Below are positions 51,585-64,000 of a DNA stretch of 64,000 bases, piece by piece. The translations under genes and the position numbers were made by a program. Position 1 is the first letter of the stretch, and the number at the start of each line of letters is the position of its first letter. Origin of the DNA: Chrysomallon squamiferum (Eukaryota; Animalia; Mollusca); contig CM022679.1 of assembly GCA_012295275.1 (NCBI GenBank), positions 7,502,001 to 7,566,000 of the forward strand, written 5' to 3'. A model generated the notes under the pieces. It had not been told where the DNA came from. It did no database searches and worked only from the letters and a program-made list of their open reading frames with translations.

Positions 51585-52680
51585 ATACTCAACGAAAAAA
51601 GAAAGTTTGAATGTTGAAATCTCGAAAACAAAATTTAGTTTGATATTTCAGTATAATCGAAAACCACTGTGCATACGTGCTTCAGCAGACTATACTTAGC
51701 ACGTGCATTCTGTTTTGGATTGCCTGGTGTCATGTGACGGAATTCCATCACAATAAAAAATATTATTAACACGCTGTGAGCCAGTTGTCCGACGTAAAAA
51801 TATTTTTTCACTCGTGAGTTCAAACCTTCGCAAAACCAGTGAATTAAGCTATCACAAAAAGACGGTCAGAGAGCAGTTGGGATGTTTGATGCTAGGCTCT
51901 GCGTGGCCAGATGTTTTGGTGTAACCAGAATCACTGTAGAGAGACTGAACAATTGTTTGCAAAGTTCTGTCGGCTGTATAGGACTGGGTATATCTCAACC
52001 ACTGATCTTCGAAACCGGTTTCAACCAGCCACCACTCTTGCCCGATAGTTCATGCTCAGATAACCAGCGGCCATCTGCAATCCTACAACACCCAGCCACG
52101 ATGACCTCAGAGAAGATCTACTCTTACTGCGCGCCATTTTCAACTCTGTCTGCAAAGGATACAACAATGGATCCAATGGACAAAATTCAGTGGAAACATT
52201 TCCTCTTCACTTACGAATCACGATTTACAAGGACTTTTCTGTTATGGAAGTTGATGGATATTGTGCAGGAAGTGTCATGGTATAGCCGAGAACATCCAGG
52301 TGATGAGGTCACTGAAACCTCACATGTATTTGTTACTCGTACGAAATTATTGGTCCCATTATAATTCCATATATGACACAGCATCTACACATGGCTTTTC
52401 AACAAGTCAGCGCTCGATTGCCTCTTGCCACTTATACCATGTGAACGTTTCTCTTGCCAGCAGTGTCAACTCTGTCCCAAGCAACTCTTCGGAGATGAAC
52501 AAGGGAGACGCATTCCCAGGAAAAACCCGCAGCTGCTGAACCTTCAACATCTGCGTCAAGCCATTAAGCAGAAGAAGGAGAATATCCCCGCATAATCTAT
52601 ATACAAGACTTTTAATTCCAATCTGTATCAATTCCAGGGGCGGGCTGCTGATCTGCAGGAATAGTCATGATGTGGAAGAC
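51585..52680 (+). mobile_element. Decayed Tc1/mariner DNA transposon (transposase pseudogene)
   Basis: Frameshifted remnants appear in Tc1 order: KLSQKDGQRAVGMFDARLCVARCFGVTRITVERL (paired-like HTH), YISTTDLRNRFQPATTLAR, QWKHFLFTYESRF (W..VLFTDESRF with the first catalytic D mutated to Y), GSVMV* (GSVMVW), YDTASTH (QDNA..H) and LQHLRQAIKQKKENIP. The left end TATACTCAACGAAAAAAGAAA is TIR-like; a matching right TIR was not identified. Confidence 0.85.
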
Positions 52681-53663
52681 TTTTATTCTAAGCCTCCTTA
52701 GCTTGTTGACGTTTTTGTTCCATGGGTGTTCACTGTAAGAGTCCATTGGCAGCAAATTTTTGATGTTACTGTACATACACCTCTGACTAAATGATACTGT
52801 TATATAATTCCATAACTGCTACCATGAATGTCGTCAGGTTTATGAAATAAACTAGTATTCATGATGGTTGAATATATATGTTAACGTTTCATTAAATAAA
52901 CATTAATAACATCCTTCAGTGTATTTCATATTTCAAAAGTCAATTCTATTTTTATTTTTCCTTTACAAAAAGTAAAAAAAAAAAAAAAAAAAAAAAGAAA
53001 TCACTGCATTTCCAACTTCAGTTAATTCACAGATTTAGATAATTATTTAAATGCTTTCTAAAAATAAAGAAAATTTTGATATTTTCATGATGGTTCCTGC
53101 ACGCTCATTATTCCTTGGGAAGACATAAAATATAAAGAAAACGCTAGTTAAGTTAATTAGAACTCCTGGAATAATTTGTGTTGAAAGAAAACTAAGAATG
53201 TCTTTGAAGAGATTCACTGTCATCAAAGACAATATAAGCATCCAGAAACCAAAGAGTGTTTGAAAATTCATCAACATAATTTGTGTTCAAGTAGAAGAAA
53301 ACGTATTCTAGATTTAGAAAATGTTACATGAAACAGAGTTACTGGTTGCTTAATGTTTTTCTTATTATATCTATAATTTTCATTTGTTTTTCTTCCACAT
53401 GATGACAGTGCAAAAAAAAAGAAATTAGTATTAGTTCACTTCGTTATAATCTCTCTCTCGCTTTGTGTTTCCTATCTCTTTCTTTGTCTCTCTTTTTCTG
53501 TCTCTCCCTCTCTAACTGTCTCTTTCTCGGACACACACATATATACACACACATACACGCAAATACACATATTCACACACATTGTTTCACTATTTCTCTG
53601 GTTTTACTTACCTATTCACCCATTTTCTTTTTTCTCTTAGTTCACACCATAATAATTTAGAAT

Positions 53664-53741
<78 letters not shown>

Positions 53742-55711
53742 GGCATTTCTTTGTTTAACTGACAATGTCCTTTTGTACGACTTCAAAGAATCCTTTCTCG
53801 ATTCCAATTATTTTTCAGTCACTATTTTGACGCAAAGGTGATTTTCCCTCATAAAAGTCGGATCAAAATGGATTATCTATTTCAATCTCTTATTAAGAGA
53901 TTATAGAAGTGTAATTATAAATTTAAATGTCAAAACAAGAGATTACGAAATACGGTTACAAACGATGAGCAGAAAAATAACAGAGATGTGAGTAATTAAT
54001 TTACAAAAGAAGAAAAATAACATGTTATAAAACTGAAATATATAACAATAACGATGATGATTATATGATTTTTTAAAATTAAATAACAACATAACTTAAT
54101 TCATAAATCATTTAATTTAGAAAGATATCCAATAAAGACAGAAGGAAGGAAAGAAACAAAGAAAAAGAAAGAAAGAAAGAAATATTAAATCTAAATATAT
54201 CCGAAGGAAAAAAAAAAAAAGAAAGGACAGTACTGTTTTAAAGAAAGTTATTATCATCATATGACGACGATTCAGGAAAAAGCGTATTTAACGTTGTAAT
54301 CGTGTTAGACTTTTCGTGTTTGCGGTCGTAAATTACGTGCCGCGCTGCAGATTGTTATCAGTAAGTTGCGTATCCGTGGATCGTGTTCAGTCGTTAGATA
54401 ACAAGTTTAAAATACCTGCGCGTCTGTAACGTGAATAAAATATAAACATCAGCGATCATTTCAAACATTGTAACTACTGTTGTTACTCTGACAGAGATAA
54501 ACAACAAATTTGTATCATTTTCTTTTCTTTTCTTTTCTTTTTTCTTTTTTTTTTTTTTTGCGTTTTATTACGAAAGGGTAATGAATTCTGACTTTCTTTG
54601 GGCTGTAGCTCTATGCGTGCACGTGTGTACCTCGTGACTGGTGTTAAAGAACAGTGTGTATATTTTCATCTTTATGTAAAATACTCAAGTATTGGCTGCA
54701 TTTTCTTTTCTTTTTTTTATATCATCATTGTACAAAGACCACACTGACACTTCATTATTTAACACTGAATTTTGCTGAACTGAACTGAACTGAAAGACTT
54801 ATTTAATGACCTACGTTTTCATTGTTTCGTTGTTGTTGTTGTTGTTGTTATAAGAGTTGTTGTTCCCGTTTTCTTCTTCGACTTGTTTGTTGATTTGTTG
54901 GGTAATTGGTTGATGTTTAATTAGATTTTTCTTAGTCCTACCTTTTTTTATTTATTATGTATGTAAAAGAATCTGCAATCGGTTGAAACCTACCATCATC
55001 ATCATCAATCTTTATTATTATTCTTCTTATTATTATTAATTTTGAAAAAAAAAAAAGAAAAAAAGGAACTGACAAATATTTAGTAAAACTGGTTTCGCCT
55101 GTCAAGATCATGTCTGGTTATATCATGTCAGGTCATATCATGTCAGGTCAGGGCAGGGCAAATCAGTCAGGTCACGACAGCTGCAATCATTGTCATGTCT
55201 GCTCATCTCGATATGCTTAGGTGTACATGTTTCTTATTTGTTTAAGTGAAAAAAAAGAAAAGAAATGAAAAGAAAAACATATTATTTCCTAGTGGTGGAA
55301 TGATTGCATGTTGTTTATTGAGTTATTTCCGCTGATATGATACTCGTGATCACTGCAGCTGAATTCATTTGAAATGTCAGCCGTCGGACTTAGACGTGGA
55401 TTTCAGCGAAGCCCGGATATCAATTAACTTTATTAATAACATCTTGAAAATCTTTTTCCTTTCGCTTTGCAAAAAAGAAAATATATATATATATATAATT
55501 TTATGTGTTCTTGCAGAAAATACTCAACCGATACGATCTATGAAGTGTATTAAATGCGAAAATCAGTTTAGAAGCAGATGTATTTAATGTTCAATTTGAG
55601 ATAATCTTTTCAGGACAAAATACATTAATTCATTGTATTCTGTTTATTTATTCTGTGACTATGGTTACTAATACTAAGTAAGCCTTACAATTATATTATT
55701 ACTATTATTAT

Positions 55712-55780
<69 letters not shown>

Positions 55781-55973
55781 ACGGTGTTTACGAAATTAGT
55801 GGGATACGTTTGAGCATCTGGTAATGTTTTAAATATATTGTCAACACTGTCGTCCTCGTTGACATCATTATAACAATCATTATCTTCTTATTAACACTGT
55901 TGTTGTCGTTGTCGTTGTAGTCAGTTTTTCTTCTTCTTCTTTAGCTGCTTCTTCTTATTATTATTATTATTAT

Positions 55974-56047
<74 letters not shown>

Positions 56048-56785
56048 TACTATTTATAGTAGTAGAAGTAGTAGTAGTAGTAGTAGTACTAGTACTACTA
56101 CTAATAATAATGGTATTTTATTATCATCAGTATTGATGTGGTTGTTACTGCTATTACTACCACTACTACTACTACATCTACTACTAGTACTAATCCACAA
56201 CTACTACTGCTACTACTACTACTATTATTACTACCATCACTGTCATATCTTTAATTTCATCTCTCTGTGTATACTGTCTGACTGTCACATCTCTACTGAC
56301 CAGTGTTTATTTACTCCGCCACTGGCAGAACACACACTTACATTCTTAGTTCAGTTTACCTCTAAACCACAAGTTCTTTATCTTTTATTTACAATCACAG
56401 TCTAAGCCATGTCAAAATACTTATTTAAGTAGATACCATCACGTCTGCTCTTTCAGACAGTGGTCTAGCGTTGACATGACAGCGAATCGGCTGTTATCGT
56501 GACGTTCCGTAATCAGCTTTAGACAATGTCGAATTGCTTGGAGTGGTGAAATGTTTGAAAATAGATTGTTTACTCTATCAAACGGTCAGTTATGTCGACT
56601 GTTTTGTGTATGGAGTTTGGACGAGTTCGGTAGTTTTCGTGTTCGAATTATTCAGCTCCCAAATATTTAAGAAATGATTTACTTGTCGACACCGTACGAT
56701 GTAATAGTGTTCTTTTATTGTCAGTATTATGTATGTATTTATGTATGTACGTAGATATTTGCGTGTTTCCGCTTGTGTTTGTGAA

Positions 56786-56882
<97 letters not shown>

Positions 56883-58241
56883 AAAATAGTATATAATGGT
56901 AGACAGAAAAACTAATTTTACATATCATCCCAAGCACTCCGGTTATATATATTGCGTATTTCTGTAAATGCAGATGCTACATAACCAAGTCTTTTACGAA
57001 AGAAGATTTTGTTCTTGTTATTTCAAAGCAAATTTGTGATATTATCTGCACATCACTGTTAATTATGTTTGCATGTATTCGCTTTCACATTTTGACAAGT
57101 AACGTAGCACGAGTAATTAAAATTGTGTCTGCAAAGCGTGTTGTTCTGAACCGAGCATTTGGAAAATGTTTTACTAATTTAATTCAGAGGAAACTGCTCG
57201 TAATCTACTGATTATTGTCTTATTACCTGTTGTCATTCTTCAAAGATTTTAAAAATACATTTTCATGCAAAATGCCGTAAGCAATAAATTCATGCACGCC
57301 ACCTTTAAGTCACTTATAACATCAATCGTAAAAGTACAGCCCCGAAATAGAACCTAAATTTTAAAATTTCAAAATTCGGTTCTGTTCTGACAATAAAAAT
57401 TTCGAGAAATAAATAAACCTTGTTTCGGCTTCTCCAGTGGCTAGATCTAAACTTGATTAATCCTTCTATATTCAGTCTGCGAATAACGCAATTACTGAAA
57501 TCCATTACCCCGAATCTACTGACCCAAATATGTAATAATTATTTATAAAGCCATTTTACCTTGTTCTTTTTATCTCAAACCAGCCGAACGAACGTATATA
57601 ACTTTTGTGCTGTTTTTAATCCTGAAGCAAAGTTCTGTGTTGTACACAGAAGCGAGGAAACACTGGTTTTCTAACAACGTTAGCGAGCCAGTCAAATCAA
57701 ATAATCTTATTAGTCTATGCGCCACAGCTATTGACATATGTTATACTGCAAATCTTTGTGTTTGCTAGCGATAAAAGATTAACATTCTCTCAATGCGCCA
57801 GTCTGCTAGATCCCGACCTTTCTGAGATTACTTCACACTTTTGTTCACAGTGCAATCGTGTGCCGTGATGAAAGGGCTCTGTTTAAACAAACTAAATCCT
57901 AGAAAATTGCACCTGCTGATTAATTTATTAATATTTAATCTGACGTAATCTTGTTTCCTTTGATTCATTATTGAGCTATTCATTAAGGACGAGGAAGATT
58001 CCAGTGGTGTAGAATAGAAAAGTGTTGATAATGCGCGGGTCGCTGTGAGTTAAAAACTAGCGACGGAATGTGGGCGGGTGAATGCAAGTTGTATCGGCTG
58101 TGCAGTATTTGAAGTTTATTGTATTTGTGCTGAAGAACAAAGTGGATTTAAGAAGAGGCGATGAACCCAGAGTGTCTCTTCAGTGCTAAGAGGTTGCGGA
58201 CGGTTTTAATGATTTAAAATAGTATTATGTGATACGGAGAT

Positions 58242-58339
<98 letters not shown>

Positions 58340-60856
58340 TGAGAGAGAGAGAGAGAGAGAAACTGTGGTAGATTCTGAGAAAGATAATGAGAGGGTTAAT
58401 AAAAAAACAGAAAAAGAGAGAGATGGGCATTTAAATGTATCTCGAGATAAAACAAAAATAAATTAAAACAAGAAACCAGTTTCTTTAGGAAGTTTGTGTA
58501 AATACTAATCTTGAAACTTACGAAGTAATCAAGTAATTAGTAATGAAGACGCAGTAGATGACACTGTAAACACGACTATTACAATTCCTTCATGTCCACA
58601 GGCATCCTTCTCCGTGAATCCTTGCACTCCTATTAGTTTTCTTTTGTATACTGACAGAGGAAAGGAAATATAATCTACACTTTAAAAATAAATGCAATTG
58701 TCTCAATGGCCGATGTTTCACCCCCACTGCTGGGTGGAAGCAATCAAAATCCTGCGTAGAGGTTAATATGGCCGTTTTCTGGAAATAGAATGTCGACAGA
58801 ATTTTCGATGAGTTTAACTCCGAAACAAAAGAAAACATTTCATTTGCAATCTGAATATCGATAAAACTGTCGACAAGTGGAAAATTAATTAATTTTTTTT
58901 TTTTTTTTTTACTTTTAAATATCATTTCATTTCGTTTCAAAAGATTTTCACCTTCTTGCTTGATTATGTTTTCTTTATTTCTCAAACAACAAAAGAATCA
59001 ACTTTACTTGAAGTCAGTTCACACGTGAACTGGTTTCTGTTTTTGTGTGTGTTACACATACTGTTACCCAGCATCAGCTTTAAACACAATTATGTATTCA
59101 GTATTTTAAAATATTATTACTACTATTGTTGTTTTTTCTTTTAGAAACTGACGGTATTTTCTTAATACAGTTATGTCTGTTAACAATATTTATTCTTTTA
59201 TAAATACATTTCACGCTGAAATATCCTTTAATATTCTCTAATAACAGAATTTACATGAATTTTTAAGAATATTTATCTTTCTTTCAATTTTATCCGATAG
59301 TTTAATTCATAAAATATTAGATGAGATCTAGTTTATTTTTAAAATTCATTCTATGAAAATAAAATCATATGATTTCATTACAGCGAGCCTTTAAAAAAAT
59401 TATTCTCCTAAAACGTATGATTTAGGATTAAGTTAGAAGTACCATTTTAAATTTTGATCTTATTAAACTATTTTATAAGATTAAGATAGAACTGGCTTTT
59501 AAAATTATATAAATGGTACGTTTACGTCTGTTAATAATTATTTGTCTGCATAATATTGATAGTTATTTCTTTCTTTTTGTTTTTAACATTTCGTTTTACA
59601 TGTATAAACTTTTCGCTGATTACAATTTGAATTTTAGCCAAACTGATGACGCGTTTTTATATTTGAGATTTTTGAGTTTTTCTATTCCAAGTTTGTGAGA
59701 TGCAGACCGAAAGATAAAGTTCAGTATTTTCATTGCTTTAGTGCGTCTGTTTAAAATCAACTTCTGACATAAATAAAACGAATAAAAATAAGTAGATGAA
59801 TTTCACTTCACACTGCAAAGTTAGCTATGTTTAAAAATAAACTAACACACAGACACACACACATCTCCATCTATACACTCATTTCATTTGTGTGTGTGTG
59901 TGTGTGTGTGCGTGTGTGTGTTAAGGAAATGAGTGTGTCCTTTGATACCATAATAGATATGTAAGAAAAAAGAAACCCCGTAATATAATTTCAAAATGTT
60001 TTCAAAGATTTATTCATCATTATCATAATATTATTAACAAGCAGCCTTTTGTAAATTCAACTGCAATTTCAAGTTTCATGTCAAAGATTAAAGAAAAGAA
60101 TTTTCGTTTTAATATCATCTTTAGATTAACAAGCACATTATCTTACATCATAAGTGAATGTTAATATAGCTATTTCATGGATGTAGTTTGAAAACGACCT
60201 TTGCAATTTGCGGACTCGGAAACAATGACGTGAACAACGACGATCAGTTTCGGCTGATAACAAAGAATGATGTATCTGTTCAATATTCTTTCTTATTTGC
60301 CTCGTAATTCTTCTTAGTCGATCTTTTTTTTTTTTTTTTTTTTTTTTTGCTTGGTGCTTTTGAAAAACAGATTAATCTCTCGAACGTGACTTAAACATTT
60401 CGTTTCTATGCCTCATAGATACTTCATCTGTCTATTCCACTGCAGCGTCTACCAACACAGTTCAGTTTATTCTAAACTAAACACATTTGCATCTGAATAT
60501 TCGGCACAAACGTAACGGCAGAAACAAAAGGCTGATTAACTTAAGATCGACGTCTGTTTATCTGTTCGGTGACCATTGACAGAAAAAGATCTTTGCCTTG
60601 GCTAAAGGCGGTGTTTAGTCCTCATTGTCAGTTTACAAACATTTATTCTGATGTTTAGATAAAGTAGGTGATATACATTTGGCTTGAAGCACCGAGCTGA
60701 AAGAGATCGATTCACTGCATGTTTTGGAATTGTTTCTCGGCTAATGCATTATAAATGATACATGAGGACTTATAGAATGTATATATTATGTTTGGTCCAG
60801 AGAGAGTAAAGAGAGAGATAGAGAGATGAATACCACTCATTTATATATATATATAT

Positions 60857-60929
60857 ATGTGTGAGTAGATACATACATATATTCATATATATGTATATAT
60901 ATAGAGTGAGTGTGAGATAGAGACATATA

Positions 60930-60975
<46 letters not shown>

Positions 60976-61005
60976 TATATGTATGTATCTACACACACAC
61001 ACACA

Positions 61006-61039
<34 letters not shown>

Positions 61040-61075
61040 TATATGTATGTATCTACACACACACACACACACACA
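60857..61075. repeat. AT-rich palindromic/inverted repeat cluster
   Basis: Perfect 60-bp palindrome ACATATATTC(AT)20GAATATATGT at 60923-60982. GTAGATACATACATATATTCATATATAT (60865-60892) is inverted relative to copies ending at about 60992 and 61056. Confidence 0.9.
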
Positions 61076-61984
61076 TATTGATATATATTCTTTACTTATG
61101 TCATTATCTCTTTCTCTGAACTCTGTTGTTCTCTTCGTCTTTCTATGTTTTTTTTTCATACTTACAGATACCCAGTCTCCAGTAAAAGAGTTAATCACAC
61201 AGTTGAATACACACATCACACTCACTGAATACCGTCGAACATAACGTTTAAAAAAAAAAACATAGCAAAATTACAGAGCACCACTGACTCTTCTCAGATG
61301 ATTAGAAACTGTTGATTCTAGCTGCGGGATCCTGTTTTAAAAAGTAAACTAATTCAACAACAACAACATATTTCAGATCAAAACTTCATCTGGACATGGC
61401 GACTCGAGTTCTGCCAGTACGAATCAGATTCTGGTGTACATCTCGTTAAGCTATTCTTCAATATTAAATCAGTTTCCCTTGCAAATTAAATTAGCTTATA
61501 TTTCGTTTTAAATATTTTATGCTGTAGCTTTTAAAATTATTACGATTACTGAAATTAATAGAAACCTTATTGTATGTGATTTATAATCGACATCGGGGGA
61601 AAAGTTCTGTTATTAAAGATTCCCTCTCAATTAACTGAATTTGTTTTAAAATGTATTGAAAAAGAGATGTTTTAAGACTCTTTCACGTTATTAAACTGAA
61701 CGAGAAAATTACTGCAAAACCATGAAGTTGTTTATGTTGTACGGAAAACGAGACAGTTAATTATAAATTAATCATATGCTCTCATAAATTACTGTTCAGT
61801 TCCCAGGTAAACACGAGTAATGTTTGTTTACATGTGATTCTGTATTGTCTGTGTACGAGCCTGGATGTCATTTTAGAGAAATATGAGATCTGATGTCACT
61901 AATAAAGTGTATCACTGCTGTTACAATCTCTGTATGTATTTCTGACAATACTCCACAATAATTAATGTACAGTGTTATACAGCT

Positions 61985-62425
61985 ATATTATACTATACCA
62001 TATACCATAACTGTAGTTCACTATACTATACTACACCTATACCATACCATACTATTCTATACTATACTATACTATACTATACTGCACTGTACAATTATAT
62101 AGCTATACTCTAATATACTATAGCTGTACTATACTGCACAATACTGTACTATACTGTACTAAACTGTACTATATTGTACTATACTGTATTAATCTGTACT
62201 ATACTGTATTAATTTGTACTATACTGCACTGTACTGTACTATACTTTACTATATTATATTAAACTGGACTATACTGTATTATACTGTACTATACTGTATT
62301 GTACTGTACTATACTGTATTATACTGTACTATACTGTATTGTACTGTACTATATTGTACGATACTGTATTAAGCTGTACTATACAGTACGATACTGTACG
62401 TTATAGTAGTACACGTACTGTACCA
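61985..62425. repeat. (TACTA/TACTG)n pentamer-decamer satellite
   Basis: Direct reading: repeated CTATACTGTA-like units. Confidence 0.9.
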
Positions 62426-63363
62426 TGCTGTACAACCTCTCAAACGTACCGAGCTCGAATCATGGTGCAATCCATCCAATAACTTATAATATTGGTAGAA
62501 CATTTTCAGAACGTACATAATTGATCTAAAGATACAAAAATCCAAATTATCATCATCATCATCATCATCGTCGTCGTCGTCCTTATTCTTCTCCGCCTTT
62601 TAACTCCGTTCTTTTTCTCTCTTTTTTTTGTTGTTATTATTATTATTAATTTGTTTTCACTTTTTTCTTTTCCGTTTCCTTAAATCTATTCATATTTTTT
62701 TCTCTCTCTCTCTCTTTTACATTTATTTTTTATTTTTTTTTTTTTTTTTTATTAATCTGACTACTTTTTTTTTCACTTCCCTTCTAACTTGTTTTTAGTT
62801 CAATAAACAATGCGTGACTGCAATAAATAACTCGTTTGGCAGGACTAAATTCGTCTCGGAAAGAAAAGAGTTCCGCCCAGCGAGCTCTCGTCTGTGTTTG
62901 TTTTTATCGGAACATTACGGAAGATAACGAACAGGCCGAGATGGATTTCCTGCCTGTGTGTGACTGTTAAAAAGGTACAAACAGAACGCCGCAGGTAGTG
63001 ATTTTGTATCAGCGGTATGCGACGTTGTCTTCATCATCTCACTGCAACACAGCGAGACTGCGCAGCGTCCTTGTTTTTTTTTTTTCATTTCTTGTTTTTC
63101 CAGTGCGAGTTGAGGTTTAATTCATTACAAGAAAAATATTGTTTTGTTCTTAGAGCATCTGCTGCTTTATGATGTCTTCTTTGAAATTTTAAAGAGGTTG
63201 TAGGAAAGAAATATTCGTCAGTGTGTTTATAGTCAGATGCGATTGTGGGTTGTTGTTTTTCTGATTGTTAAAGATGTGTGGATTAAAAGAAATCAGAATG
63301 ATGGATGAACGTGTTAGACAACCGTTAGTTCTGTTCTGTCTCTGTGTGTCGTTCCGTAACTAT

Positions 63364-63367
<4 letters not shown>

Positions 63368-63416
<49 letters not shown>

Positions 63417-63470
63417 TCTCTTTCTCTCTCTATCTATATCTATATATATATATATATGTGTGAGAGAGAG

Positions 63471-63557
<87 letters not shown>

Positions 63558-63562
63558 AGAGA
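63368..63562. repeat. Compound (CT)n-(AT)n-(AG)n microsatellite
   Basis: Direct reading. The arrangement is self-complementary. Confidence 0.9.
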
Positions 63563-64000
63563 GATTTTATCATTCTTTATTTGTCCATAATTAATCTTTA
63601 TCATTCTTTCTCTGTCCGTGTATTTATATATGTTTGATCTGTATGTTGTGTTTGTGTATTTGTGTGTGTGTTTTGGGAACTTGTTTTATTAATCTGTGTT
63701 TCTTTCTTTATCTTTTTTTTCCCCTTAAGTCAGAGCTCTCTAACGATGTAAAGACATTAAGGTTATATACTAAATGACTGGCGTTATTAAGACTACTAAA
63801 TTTCAACATATATAACACATTATATGCCAAAAAAACAAACCTTATCACACTGCAGTTCCGATGATTTACGAAGTCATATAAATAACATTACATGTAAACA
63901 AAAACAAAAAAATTAAACTCTAGCTGTTTTATTTCTAAAATTTATGACGAAAAATTTAATGTCGTGTACAAGTCAAAAATAAATTACGCGAGTAATGATA

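Overview
This is AT-rich, microsatellite-dense animal genomic DNA. It is probably from an invertebrate, most likely a mollusc or other lophotrochozoan; that is inferred from composition and repeat style. Two spliced protein-coding genes sit head-to-head in the first 10 kb. One is the 5' part of WDR61/SKI8 (minus strand, 4 exons, runs off the left edge). The other is a complete 11-exon TTC23-like TPR gene (plus strand, 2133-9629, 515 aa by my reconstruction). Together they carry three minor-spliceosome (U12-type) introns: one GT-type in WDR61 and two in TTC23, one AT-AC and one whose only frame-preserving ends are the non-canonical AT-AT. From about 11 kb to 64 kb I found no convincing host coding exons, and most long ORFs in the track are microsatellite or low-complexity artefacts. 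That region is much richer in CpG than the TTC23 gene body and is enriched in TGACGTAA bZIP motifs. It contains a decayed Tc1/mariner transposon, a tRNA-derived SINE, a 45-bp hairpin with an 11-bp flanking duplication, 38-bp and 42-bp minisatellites, a 1.09-kb tandem duplication with microhomology, and one well-delimited orphan exon candidate. There are no prokaryote-type systems such as CRISPR. All homology calls are from memory of the protein families and were not run against a database.
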